A stretch of 53,623 nt of DNA, counting the filler, from Basidiobolus ranarum (lineage: Eukaryota), in NCBI GenBank assembly GCA_040143965.1. It is 3 parts of 3 records of this genome, joined end to end, with 100 filler letters (N's around TTAATTAATTAA, not from the genome) between each part and the next. Parts side by side here need not be neighbours in the genome. Positions count along the whole stretch, not along the records: positions 1 to 17,838 come from JASJQH010007165.1; 2 more parts are not named here. One strand, written 5' to 3'. How positions within the stretch are numbered: the stretch's first letter is position 1; each line of letters begins with the position of its first letter. The translations under genes were made by a program, and so were the position numbers. Shown here in pieces: positions 1-12,600 of the stretch. The notes under the pieces are model-generated. The model saw nothing but the letters and a program-made list of their open reading frames with translations, had not been told where the DNA came from and searched no databases.

Positions 1-153
1 GGGACCTTCCTTAACATATTCTACATGTTAGTTTGTTTACATCTTGACAAAACTATAAATGTCAACTTTCTACTCAATAAATCAATAAGTGAAAACCACC
101 AATTCCTCTAAATTCTCCAAACCACTTCCAACAGGCTCCCAAATACTTTAACA
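1..153 (+). repeat. Ty1/copia-family LTR, 5' end cut by window edge (solo or 3' LTR)
   Basis: Reverse complement aligns along its length with the LTR at 47837-47987 (e.g. gggagcctgttggaagtgg, ttgagtagaaagtt, atagttttgtcaag, aaacaaactaa, aggaaggtccc). Ends in ...TAACA, contains ctataaat and aataaa, and is not followed by a PBS. Confidence 0.8.
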
Positions 154-1017
154 CCATATACTTTAACATCTAGCACAAGTTTGAAAAATCTAAATATCAG
201 AGAATTTCCAAGTTGGTGTGAATATTCTAAGTTCCTCTTGAGTATAGTGGGTGATGTCTCTGTGAAGTATGGAATAACAAATACTAAGCTATATATGGCT
301 ATATATATGTTTATACCATGCTAATTATTACAGATATTGCTGTAGCACATACTCATCAATGTATGATCTAGAAACATTTAAATTTTGAGCAAACAAGTTG
401 CTAAAGATCTCATACATTAGGTTTTTGCAATATAAGGAATTAACCAGAATTTTCTCTAAAGGTTCCCATTACTTCATATATTCCAGTCAGTATATAACTT
501 AATACTAAAAAAGCAATATCATATAAAGTTCACAAATTTGCTACTATTTAGCTTTGTACTTCAGGTATTTGGTACAAATAAAGCAAACGATTATAAAGTA
601 TGGTATCCAATAGAAGTCCACAACGTAACGGTATTGAAACTGGAATGGCATGAGAAAGCTTCCAAAAATGAAGGATTCTCAGAAGTGCTGTCAAACCTTC
701 AAGTAGTCATCTGATCTATTGAAGGCAATTAGGTATGATGAATAAGGCGTAATGCTGAACCAACAAATGCGCACTAGTTGTGTTAACAAAATGAGCTTTG
801 ATTCGCTCAGAACACAGTTCAATCTCGATATACTCTAATCAAAAATATTAACACAAACCATAATATATATACATACGAATAACACTAGGATTAATCAAAC
901 ACATTACTTTTAATACGAAATTACGTCACGACAGACCCCCACCCCCTAAACTGAAGTAATTCGTAATGCTACAAAAAGATAATTCCATCGAGAATGGAAG
1001 ACAGCTTAGAAGACAAA

Positions 1018-3798
1018 ATGCCTAATACTAGCGAATTATCCAAACTTCGAGTGGACCTTTCCCCTGAAGAGATCGGCAAACTTGCCCAAGATATTATTGC
1101 TCGCGCTAAGAAGACACACGATGAAGTTGCCTCTCTTTCCCCCGAACAGTGCACTTTTGAGAGTGTTTGTAAGCGCTTAGCATTGCTCGAAGGTTGGGCT
1201 GAGACTGAAGCTAGTAATTGCACTTTCCCTCAATACGTCTTTACCGATAAAGATGTTCGTGAAGCCTCTAGCAAAGCTACTGCTGAAATCGAGGTACCCA
1301 TTAGTGCTCCATTCTATATCCACTTAAGTCGACTCACCTTTATTCTTTCTCTTAACCATCTAGAAATTCGATATTGAAGAGGGTATGCGTGAAGATCTTT
1401 ACCAAGCAGTTTTAAACGTGAAAGCTAAGAAGGAGAAGCTTTCTGACGAAGAGCAACGTCTTCTTGATAAAATGGAATTGGACTTCAAGCGTAACGGTTT
1501 GGCACTTTCCAAAGACAAAAGGGAGCAATTATCAGAGATTAAAAAGAGAATATCTGAGCTGCGTATTGACTTCCAAAAGAATCTGAACGAAGACGACTCA
1601 AAGTTGACTTTTACGGCTGAAGAACTCGATGGAGTCAAAGCAGAATTTTTGGTTGGTTCTCATATTACTCTATCTAAGCATAATTCAAGTAATTAAGTAC
1701 CATTTATACGCAATGTAGGAGGGACTTGAGAAAGTGGAATCAGCTACAGCCGGAGAAGAAGTTAAATACTATGTTACAACTAAATACCCCGATCTACTCC
1801 CTGTGTTGAAGTATGCCAAGAATGACGAGGTCAGACGCAAGATGGACACTCTTAATGCCACCAAGTGTAAACCTAATGTTGCGATTTTAGAGGAGGCAAG
1901 CATATATTAATAGCACAATTAGTTGTAGCTTTTATTAACCAGGAACCTTTCAACTTCATAAATATCAGGTTATCGAACTCCGTAAAAGAATGGCAGACAT
2001 CATGGGATACCCCGACTTTGCTTCGTTCAGATTGGAGGTTAAAATGGCTAAAGATTCAACAACTGTTACCGACTTTTTAGATGATTTGACAGCCAAGTTG
2101 AAGCCAATTGCTGCTAAAGAACTCGAAAACCTTAAGAAAGTCAAGAAGGTACTATCCTACACTCAGAGAGAATACGGAATTATGGATGTGTCTACTAACA
2201 ATTTGTCCTTTATAGTCCGAAAAAGAATCTCAGAGCCAAACATTTGACAACACAATCCATAGTTACGATTACTCGTATTATGATCGTATTCAAGTTGAAA
2301 ATGACTTCCAAGTTGATGAATCTGAAATCCAAAACTATTTCCCCGTCGACCATGTCGTCAAAGGTACGAGTTGCTTCACCCTAGGCAGTAGTCCATATCA
2401 CTAACATACGGTTTAGGTGTATTTGATTTGTATGAACAAGTGTTGGCTGTCAAGTTTACTGAGGTGCCCGATGCTAAAGTCTGGCACAGCGATGTTAAGA
2501 TGTTCAAGGTTTTAGGTAACAAGACTCGAAATGTTTGTCCAGAATGAATTGTCTAAATTCGAATCAATACTATAGATGCCAAGACGGGAGAATTAGTTGG
2601 AAGCTTCTACCTGGATCTTCATCCAAGGTAAACTTAATGTTTTAAAGAGTGACCCCCTTCATGTCTAATCCCATTTATTGCCATACAGAGAAGGCAAATA
2701 TAACCATGCTGCTTGCTTCCCACTAAACCCTGGCTACGAAACTGAGAATGGCGAACGCCAATTACCTGTTGCCGCCATGGTTGCCAACTTCACAAAACCG
2801 TAAGTACAGAGTGATACCACGCTCCATTCCTAGTTACTTATAGTATATTACTAGCACTGCCACTCGTCCCTCTCTCTTGCGCCATTCAGAAGCCGTTACA
2901 TACCTTCATGAACTTGGCCACGTAATGCATAACATGTGTGCCAAAACTCAATTTGCCCGTTTCCATGGCACAAGCGTTGAAGGTGATTTTGTTGAAGCCC
3001 CCTCTCAAGTAGGTCTTTTCTTGAGAATTTTTACTGCAAGTAGCTAACTTAAAATCCCCCCTTATGACTTTCTAACAACCTATAGATGCTTGAAAATGTA
3101 AGTTAGTCTCTTTCGCTCTCACTAACGTTCATATTCTAAGCAATTTACATTAATAGTGGTGCTGGGAAATTGAAGTGTTGAACCGTTTGTCGTCACATCA
3201 CGAGACTAAGCAACCAATTAGTAAAGACTTGATTGACAAAATGTTGGCTGCTAAAAACCACAATGCCGGTCTTTTCCATCTCCGCCAAATCTTCTTCGGA
3301 AAATATGACATGATCTGCCATACTAGCAAGGGTTGGTTGACTCTGCAAATAACTCGCTTAATCTTCGACTAACTGAAATGTATATTTCTTTGATTAGACA
3401 AAGTTGATACTACCAAATTATGGAATGAATTGAAGCCAGATGTATCACTTGTTCCAGCTAACCCTGATGGTTATCCTGCTGCTTCTTTTGCTCATATTAT
3501 CGCTGGCTATGAAGCTGGATATTATGTAAGTGATCTTCCACCATAACATTGCTCTTAGCTTGTTCGCTGACCATTGTTTTCCTCCATTACACAGGGCTAC
3601 CTCTATTCACAGGTGTTCTCTGCCGATATGTTCTACTCCCGCTTCAAGAAAGAAGGACTTTTTGCCTCCAAAGCCGGCTTAGAATATCGTAGCAAGATTC
3701 TTCAACCAGGTGGTTCACGCGACGCTCAAGATATGTTGTTTGACTTTATTGGTAGAAAATTCAACCAAGAGGCCTTCTTGGAGTCGATCGGATTATAA
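1018..3798 (+). CDS. M3A metallo-oligopeptidase (thimet oligopeptidase/saccharolysin-like), about 12 introns
   Basis: Spliced translation gives [18 protein letters not shown], the zinc motif [10 protein letters not shown] (~2901-2930), [25 protein letters not shown] and [11 protein letters not shown]. Start could also be the ATG at 994. Confidence 0.93.
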
Positions 3799-4100
3799 AT
3801 ACTCCATTAAATTAGTGCTAAAATATTGCAAATAAATTCAATTAAGACATTTTAATCACTGCTAATGTGGCGTAAGCTAATATGCTTGGAATTTCTGAAC
3901 ATCACATGAATGTCAAACCACTGTAAATCATACAATCACATGAATCCGATATTTTGGTCTATTGCAACACACGTTTATCATGAGAATTCCACTCGTCGGC
4001 CCGAGTTTACTCTGATTCTCGTCACGGGAATTTAGATGGTCCATTTAAAGGTGATTTTTACATAAGCGTTGATATTACCTTCTCTTAACTATTCGCAAAC

Positions 4101-5166
4101 ATGTCCCATATCGAAGCTGCTCACCAGGCCATCGAAAAAATCAAACAATTCGGTAGCACCCTTGACGGATGGACTTTCCACTCCGAAAACAAAGGTATCA
4201 AAATCTATACACAAGAAAAAGAAAAGGGTGCTATGCCTGCCGTTCGTGGTGAAGGTATCCTTGAAGGATATACCGTTCATCAGATTGCAGCAGTCGCAGA
4301 GTCAATTGGCTGTAGACCACTATGTTAGTATAATATTTTTTTAATTTTTTACTTTTATAACTTGACCATAACCTCGAGAACTTTAAAGGGGACGGAAGAT
4401 TCGGTGGTGCCGAAAGAATTGAATTTTTGCAAGATAACACTTTTATCTTTTGGAACTCTAACAAAGGAATATGGCCTGTATCGTAAGTTTTTCTTTTAAA
4501 AAAGTAAAATTGAAAAGCCCTCTTAATTTAGTGTACCTTTACTTTAGTGACCGTGATCTTTGCGGTGTTTCTACTTTTGAAACTTCCCCTGAGGGTACAT
4601 ACTATAGCGGTCTTACCTCCGTAGTGGACTCTCGTGTACCTGAAAAGAAGGGTGCCGTTAGAGCTGACTTGCACATTGGTGGTTGGATCATCCAGCCAGA
4701 GGGAGAAAACTCCGTCAAGGCTACTTACATCATTGATATCGATCTTAAAGGTTCGATTTATTGTTATTGAAAAGATTCATCTTGGTAATCAACATCACTA
4801 ACTGTATATACGTTTAGGCTCTATTCCTGGCGCCCTCGTTCGCAAAGTCAGTATTGATACTCCACTTTGTGTTGCTCATGTCTTTGAATTCCTTAAAAAG
4901 TACGGAAATCCACCATACTTGACCGGTCTTAAGGACACATCGATAGTGAACACTTCTCGCCTAAGGAAGCAAAATGGGAGACTAAGGTGAAGGCAGCTAA
5001 CTGTAAAGAACTTACGGTCATTGTAGATAGCGAGAAAATGTACCCTAAAGGATGGAAATTCACCGTATCCCCAGAAACCGGAGCAGTAGTCGAAATCTCG
5101 GAGAAATTAGTACATGTTAAGTTAATTGAAGACCAAGAGTATACTTTGACAGTCACTAGAAAGTAA
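4101..5166 (+). CDS. START/SRPBCC lipid-binding domain protein, 3 introns
   Basis: Spliced exons give W.....KGIKIY, WDGRF, IWPVS-DRDL, VRADLHIGGWII.P and TYIIDIDLKGSIP, all typical of START domains. A short extra C-terminal region ends at TAA 5164-5166. Confidence 0.85.
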
Positions 5167-5337
5167 ATCCTCTCCTGAATCTTCTCATCGTTTTTGAATT
5201 CAATCATTCCAAACATTAGATACCATTATGTCATATGCTTATAAAGTTGATTTATTTGAAAAAAATAAGCAATGTCTATCAGAGTAGTATGCGCGCTGTT
5301 GGGTTACCCTCAGAGCAAAAAATCCTCTACAAGACAT

Positions 5338-6438
5338 CTATGCTGGAACGCTGTGAAACAAGTAAGACACAGATTCACCATTATGTGTTCTTCTAATGGC
5401 TTCAGCAAGAGTGGCAGAGATATCGATAGTTTCAATCTTAGAGCATAGTTGTTTCTTCTCTTCGTGAGGGATGGTATTTGTGACTACAACCTTCTCTAAG
5501 ACCGAGCCATTAATCACATCGATAGCTTTTCCGGATAATACGCCATGAGTAACAATAGCATACACTTTAGTAGCCCCGTTGTCGATCAAAGTCTTGGCTG
5601 CCAGTCCTAAAGTGCCACATGTATCAGCCATGTCATCAACAAGAATTCCATTCTTGCCCCTAACATCACCAACAAGGACCATGCGAGATACTTCATTAGC
5701 TTTCTTGCGCTCTTTGTGGATAAGCGCAAATTCGAGATCTAAACTATCAGCAATTGAAGTGGCCCTTGAAACGAGAACTCAATAATTAATGGGAGACTGA
5801 TAGATATGCATCCTTAATAAAGTTATACCTCTTGGCTCCTCCAGCATCGGGTGAAACAATGACGGAATTTTTGAAATCGGGAATTTGGTCTCGAATATAT
5901 TTGAGAACGGATGGTTCAGCATAAAGGTTATCTACAGGAATGTCAAAGAATCCTTGGATCTGAGAGGCGTGAAGATCCATAGTGATAACGTGAGTAGCCC
6001 CAGCGACAGTAAGCATATTGGCAACTAACTTGGCGGAGATGGGGGCACGTGACTTGTCTTTTCTATCTTGACGAGCGTAGGGGAAGCAAGGAATAACAGC
6101 CGTGATTCTACGGGCAGAAGCAGCTTTGCAAGCGTTTAACATAACGAGAAGTTCCATCAAGTTATCGTTAATTTCACCACAACCAGATTGGATGATGAAG
6201 ACATCCTCATCTCTCACGGATTCCCCGATAGTGACTGAAGTCTCTTGGTTGGAAAACTTGACGACAACGACATTGGCCAGCTCAATGCCGAGACGCCTAA
6301 GAAATTGGTTAAACAAGAGTTCTAAAACAGATAATATTTACATATACAATTGTATATATATATGTACTTGGCAACAAGACTAGCCAGTTCGGGATGAGAG
6401 TTGCCAGTCAAGATTTTGATGGAATTTGCCATAGGCAT
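5338..6438 (-). CDS. PRS: Ribose-phosphate pyrophosphokinase (PRPP synthetase), 2 introns
   Basis: [84 protein letters not shown]. Start is ATG at 6438 or 6432. Confidence 0.96.
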
Positions 6439-6828
6439 TTTAAGTTTAAAACACTAAGGTATATTGAGAGATAGTTGAGTAGAAACTCCAGTCTGAAACT
6501 ACAGACAGGAAGGCAAAAATCTCGAAAATAACTTCGACAATCGGGCTAGGCAAGGATTAATCTGAGCAGGAAAAATTAATATTATTGATAAAATTCCGTT
6601 GGTATTCTAGACCCTGTCTATAAAATAATACTGGAATCTTCCATACCGGCTCATATTTGCGGAGGATAATTGTTTATATATTAATAATGAAGGAGATTTG
6701 GATTAATGATATTCTATTTGTATCTGAACGCTTCCTGTGCTGTAGATAATGTTGGCCATTCTTGTCAGTTTAGTTGATTGCTCTATGATAGTATATGCTT
6801 TGAATACAAAGGACGGAAAGCACTGAAG

Positions 6829-7563
6829 TTAATCTTCTTTATGCTCCAAAGACAATACGAAATCAAATTCTTCTTTGCCAACCGGCTGTACGGAGAGCCT
6901 ACCTCTGTTTATAAGAGGCATCTTGGAAAGCTTCGTGGATTTATAACCTTGAAGCTCTTTGAGTGATATGAACCTTTTTAACTTTCTTACAAACTTTACG
7001 TCTACCATATACCATTTGGGTTTTTGTATATCTGATTTTGGATCATAATAAGGATGCTTGGGATCAAATGCAGTATGGTCGACATATCCTCCTTTAACTA
7101 TTGTAGCAAGCCCAGAGATGCCGGGGGGTTTACAGTTGCTATGATAGAAAAGTACATGATCGCCCGGTTTGATTTGATCGCGAAGGAGGTTACGTGCTTC
7201 ATAATTTCGTACGCCTTCCCAGCTTGAGGTTTGGTTGGGACACGCTTGTAAGTCATCAATACTAAATTTGACATCGACTCCTTTAACTAAGCGTGAGTTG
7301 GGCTCAGCTTTCATAAGCCAGTATTTAGTTTCGGGAGTATTGATCGACTCATCGGTACTCAAAGTGCTATTAGAACTATTATCCTCGACTTGCTCAGTTA
7401 GAGGGATTTTTGAAGGACGGATTCTCTTTTTTGGTTTAGAATCTGGACTAGTAGAGCTTCGTTTTGAGTCAGTGGTGTTGCTTGACGTTGTATCTTCTGT
7501 GTTGTTAACATTTTTTTGTTGAAGACGACCCGAGCGCCTTGTTTTCTCATCGTTAACTGCCAT
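6829..7563 (-). CDS. EVE-domain (PUA-like) protein, THYN1 family
   Basis: YWLMKAEP, FSIDDL, WEGVRNYEARN, LFYHSNCKPPGI, HPYYDPKS, WYMVDV, RLSVQPV. Basic, disordered N-terminus with NLS-like PKKRIRP. Intronless. Confidence 0.93.
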   Translation of the reverse strand: MAVNDEKTRRSGRLQQKNVNNTEDTTSSNTTDSKRSSTSPDSKPKKRIRPSKIPLTEQVEDNSSNSTLSTDESINTPETKYWLMKAEPNSRLVKGVDVKFSIDDLQACPNQTSSWEGVRNYEARNLLRDQIKPGDHVLFYHSNCKPPGISGLATIVKGGYVDHTAFDPKHPYYDPKSDIQKPKWYMVDVKFVRKLKRFISLKELQGYKSTKLSKMPLINRGRLSVQPVGKEEFDFVLSLEHKED

Positions 7564-7859
7564 GATTGCGAGAATGTTTCAAGATAGGAGTCCAGCAAGA
7601 TAATGGGATATTTGTTTGTTTACACTTATGTGAATGATTTCCCTGCCAATAGAATGCAAACATCACAATCACCAAACAAAGTCACATTCATAAATTCCCT
7701 AGACTCCCTAAATCGGAAGAGTTTGGTATTTATTACAATGCGACAGAAGTTGAAGCGAAGTTTGAGAAGGGATTTTCCTTATTAATGGACAGGATATCGT
7801 TAATTTACATCATTGATAGTTTCTAAATTTTTGGACACAATTGACAGCTAAAGTTTATT

Positions 7860-8267
7860 ATGCTCTGGTGCTGTTGTACCGACGATACGAGTGACGATCA
7901 TCCAAGACGAGGAAGTGTGACTCCTTCAGTAGCAGTTCCAAGTAGAGGTATCTTCGTAGCATTGCGTAGCTTCCCCACGGCCCATGAGAATGTAAATAAC
8001 CCATACAGTCGCCACCCTCCTCTCCACTTTTCCAAAGGAGACAAGATCCAACTGGTGGAGAATCATATCAAACACATGATTGGCTATGTGGATAGCGACC
8101 CCACCCAAGCCCTGGGATGGCTCCCATGTGATGCTCTGGAGTTTATAAGTCAGAACCATTCTTCAATGTACTCTGCACTTACCTCTACTGACACTCTTCA
8201 TGACGCAGATAGCACCGATATAAAGAGAGACGGAAGTATCTCAGTGAAATCGTTGTTGAGCCGTTAA
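7860..8267 (+). CDS. Small SH3-like protein with N-terminal Cys cluster; 3' structure uncertain
   Basis: MLWCCC start, then FVALRSF...LHFSKGDKIQL...GWLP, matching the SH3 pattern ALYDF/LSF.KGD.I/G..P. Possible in-frame 60-nt intron at 8149-8208 (branch site tactgac). Confidence 0.6.
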   Translation: MLWCCCTDDTSDDHPRRGSVTPSVAVPSRGIFVALRSFPTAHENVNNPYSRHPPLHFSKGDKIQLVENHIKHMIGYVDSDPTQALGWLPCDALEFISQNHSSMYSALTSTDTLHDADSTDIKRDGSISVKSLLSR

Positions 8268-9608
8268 GCTTGGAGATGTTTCGGTTCACCTTCAACGGAG
8301 AAAGTGAAGAGGAGCTCATACTACATGGCGCTTCCCAACGCATACCAAGCAAAGATCAGCCACTCTCATAGATTCCGCAACAAACAATTATACAACCTGA
8401 TGTAATATATTTCTTGTAATCGTCCTGCACGCTATTGCATGCAATTTTGCTAGCCAACCTTAATATATAGATGTATACATAAGTAATAAATTCAATCCGA
8501 AACATATGAATAGGTCGAGAGCGCATCCCACATCCCACACGCACAAGCAATAAACCATAACCATACTATCGATAAAAGAGACAGTCACATGACTATAAAT
8601 AGCCATGTAGTGATCAATTGCAATTTGGATTGTCCTACCCAAACGACCTACATTCACCACACTTGGTACACCCACTGTCGCACATAATCAGTATGTGAAG
8701 TAATGGTTCTATCTCAACCATGCTGCATATCGTACTCAACCACAACCACAACCATAACCATGCTACATGTTGTAGTCCAACCATTATAGCTATGCATTAC
8801 GGAATCCGAAGCATATTGAAAGTTTATTCAGATCTCGATCGACATGGAATTGCTACACAGACTTTGGGAATTATTGATTTCTTTCATGTACTTACAATTG
8901 GTATTATGTAGAGATTAAGCTTTCAACAGAACCAGCTGATGGAGTCTATGAGGGTATGTCCATGCTACAGGCGCTATTTCATTTCGGCTATGCGTTTGTA
9001 CTGAAATTGATTATTCGGCAATACTAGCATTCCATTGTAAAACTATGACACCACAAACATCAAGCGGAGCCGTTGGGGGAGGTGACACAGACAAAGCAGG
9101 AGTTCATCCTTAATAGTCTTAATTTCTCTACACAACCATTCTACGGTTTACATTGAATTGCCGTTCAATTGGTTTATATACTAGTAAACTGAATTAACGA
9201 AAACATAATTAAACCACTCTTGTCACTCTTTTACTGCCATTCCATCATCCCCTTCCCTACTGTAGCCCTCCCCCAGAAAAATCTGCACTACATTCCACAT
9301 AGCGATGCAGTAGTGCGTGGAACCGGTAAAAAATCTTAGGGTGTATGTTAATTTGGTTATATCTCGTCTTCTGCTCGTTTTATCAACCTCAGTACTGTCT
9401 CTCTTTTATCTTTAATTTTATCTCTCTTTGTTAATATTCAACTCAGCTGAGCTGAGCTGAATCCCAGTGATTTTTTCCCCGACTTTCCTTCATCCAACTC
9501 CTAAGTGCTCTTACATCACTTTCATTGCTTGCGTAACTCAGTTGAACCTCTTGGCTTTTTTCTGTAGTCATCAGAATTAGCAGAGTTTAGTATCTTTGCC
9601 TCTTAGCT

Positions 9609-12600
9609 ATGCTTCAACCAGATGCTCCATTCATTGCCTTGGAGTCTCGTACTTCTCGAGAGTTTTCTGATTCTGAAGATGAACTCTCTGAGTCTGGACA
9701 AAGTTTTGAAATTGAGTTAAGTGACTTTGCTGGGTACTCGGGGGTTCCTTCTAACCAAAATACCCCACAACCTTCCGTAAGACGTTTTCGAAGCTTTTCA
9801 GCGAGTAAACTGGCACTACCAGTGAAATTTTCAGCAGAATCACAAATAAGAGAGTTAGAAGCGAAGTTAGTGGAGAAAGAAAATGAAGTATTACTCGCAG
9901 CCGATATTGGACAAGTATTATTAAAAGAAATTGATAGTTTAAAGCATAAAGTGGCTGCTTATGAACATAATAAGCCCGCTGATGACTTGAGTCAGGAAAT
10001 TGAAATTAATAATACTGAAACCGTACAAAAACTTCGTTCTTTTCGAGTGGAAACGGAAATTTATACTTCTTCTTTTAAGGAAAAAACTCCTAAAATTCCG
10101 GGAAGTCCTTACACTCCTGGTCGTCGTACTGACCGCTCAGGTACTCCTGGGCTACTCCCTATCAATGAAAATGATCCTGACCTTACCGCTCTTCCTCCTT
10201 CCGCTTTACTACCAAGTAAAAATAATACCAGCACTTTACACAGTGAGATAAGTAAAGCGGTAGAATCTGGAGAGAATTTGATGAAACTTTCTAGACAGTT
10301 ACAAACTAAGCTTCTTGATGCTGAAAGAGAGTCACTTAACCTTGCAGAAAGATGCTCAGAGCAGGACCGACAGATTGCTGCTTTGAAGATTCAAGCAGCT
10401 CGTGGGGCCGAATATGAAGGTAAATTCTCATGATTCTCATGGTTCATCAGTGCGAATATTCATCTATTGTTTACTATCCATAGCTAAATCCCAAGAAAAT
10501 ACATGGAATCTCGAACTTCAAAATCAAGAACTTCAAACACAAGTTGATGAGCTAGAGCAAGTGGTACAGAAACTGACAGGTGACCAAGGAAAACTTCAAG
10601 AATCATTATTGATTGCTCGAGAATCGATTGATCAGTTGAACGATAAGGAAGAGAAACTGAATCAAACCCTTGAGAAGGCCAAAACTAGACATGAGCAGGA
10701 GATCATGAGTGTACGGAAATTGATAGGTAGTCTACAGAGAGAAAAGGCTGAGCTCAATAAAAAGAATGAGGAACTCAAAAGTGAACTCTCTGGAAGAACA
10801 CAAAGAGCTGGAGGGAGACCATTGGGTGGCTCCACTCCCATTCTTGAACCTGCCATCTCTGGTTTAGATTCGCCTTTTGAATTATCCGATGCCTTTGAAC
10901 TTCCCCCTGCTCGTTCACCATCGCCATCACCATTTTCTGTTCCCTCGGCAGGGCAAACACTTCAGGTTGAAACCTTGACCGGATCTTTAGGACATGCTCA
11001 TAGAACCATCGCCAATCTTCGATCATCTCTTCATAGAGAGAAAATTGAAAAGATGGAAATGAAGAAAATGTTGGCAGAGTCGCAAGAAACGGTAGAGGCT
11101 TTACAGAAAGAATGCATGTGGGAGAGCGAGGATATGGACAAAGTAATGAGTAACGTCAATAGATCAGTCAAAAAGAGAATGCGTAGAAAGAAAACTCATA
11201 TGCGTCAAGTAGTTACCAAGTCTGAACTCTTTGATGATGATATTGAAGTAACTGAAAGTCCCGAAGAAATCCTAAAGAATAAGGCTGAACTCACTGATGA
11301 ATTAAGCCCCTCTACAGAGGAGGATCTATCGGAATCCTCTTTAGATTCTGACTCCCAAAATCGTGCTTTTGATATTGAGGCTGAGCAGAGCAATCTCAAT
11401 CGATCACCATCTGATGGTTCGCCCCTAACACCTATTCCCAATAGATCCACTACCCCATGCCAAGAAGCACCTGGTAGCCCTCAAGGATCTCTAAGAAAGC
11501 TGCCACCTTCTCGGAATCCTTTGACCAGGCGCTCCACTCTAAATCCTATGCCAAGTCGAGATCTGCTCAATGAATTGACCATGTTTGATCGACAACCAAA
11601 GATAGAAGAGGTTTTGGAGAAGGTAGATATCGGTGTTCAAACTATTGAACCAATGGCCTTGAAGGAAGTTGAAAGTGAAGATGAGAAGAAAGATCAAGGT
11701 GTCCAAGTCTCTCTTTTAGATAATACTACATCTACACTTTGTGCGTCATGTGGCGTTTCAGTCCATATGATCCATTCTCCTTTGGATAAGAAAGTAGAAC
11801 CACAAGTTTCCGAATTTGATGAAATTCAAGCTTATCTTACTGTGGAGAATTCTGACTCTAATCAAGCAAAGTCAATCAGTGAAGTTGCATCCGAGATGGT
11901 TGAAAACTCCTCTGAACCAAAGCCTAATAACGATGATTTAGAGTCGAATGCAATCACTGCCATTGTTTTACCCACCAATACTGAAACACCTCTTGTTACT
12001 GACAAGCAAGAAGTAGTTTCATTACCTTCTGTTATTGAGGATCGATCACTTCCTGTCATTGAAGAACTTGAGCATGTGGAAAGCGTCGTTCCAGCTCAAA
12101 ATGAGCAATCGGTCTCCACTTCTACCGATGTGCATAATGTTGATGAGGAAGTTAAAGATATTTCTCCCGTGATTGAAGTAGCCAATCCTGAACCTTCACC
12201 TCAAGAAGCCTCTATCGATGTTGCCGACTCAGAAGCTTCTCAATGTGTAGTTTCCCAGAATAATGAATCTTCCATCTCAGATACGGAGATACTAGCAGTT
12301 GTGGCTGCATCTAGTTTAGCCGCTGATCTTCCATTAAGCAAAACTGATTTGGAACATGATACCGTTGAAGATATGTGCAAGAGCATTCCAACGAGCGAAG
12401 TCGAGTCAGTTCAAGCTGATTCTTCAAATACTCTAGAGTTGACCAACGGGGCCGATGTGGACACACTGGTTGAATCAGACCAGTCTACAAATGAAGCCGA
12501 TCATCAGTCTATGCCTTCACAAAATACCTGTAAGTATTCTTATCTCAGTATAGAATGATCTAGTTTTTAAAACAACTTTGCTTTTAGATCCAGTACCTGC

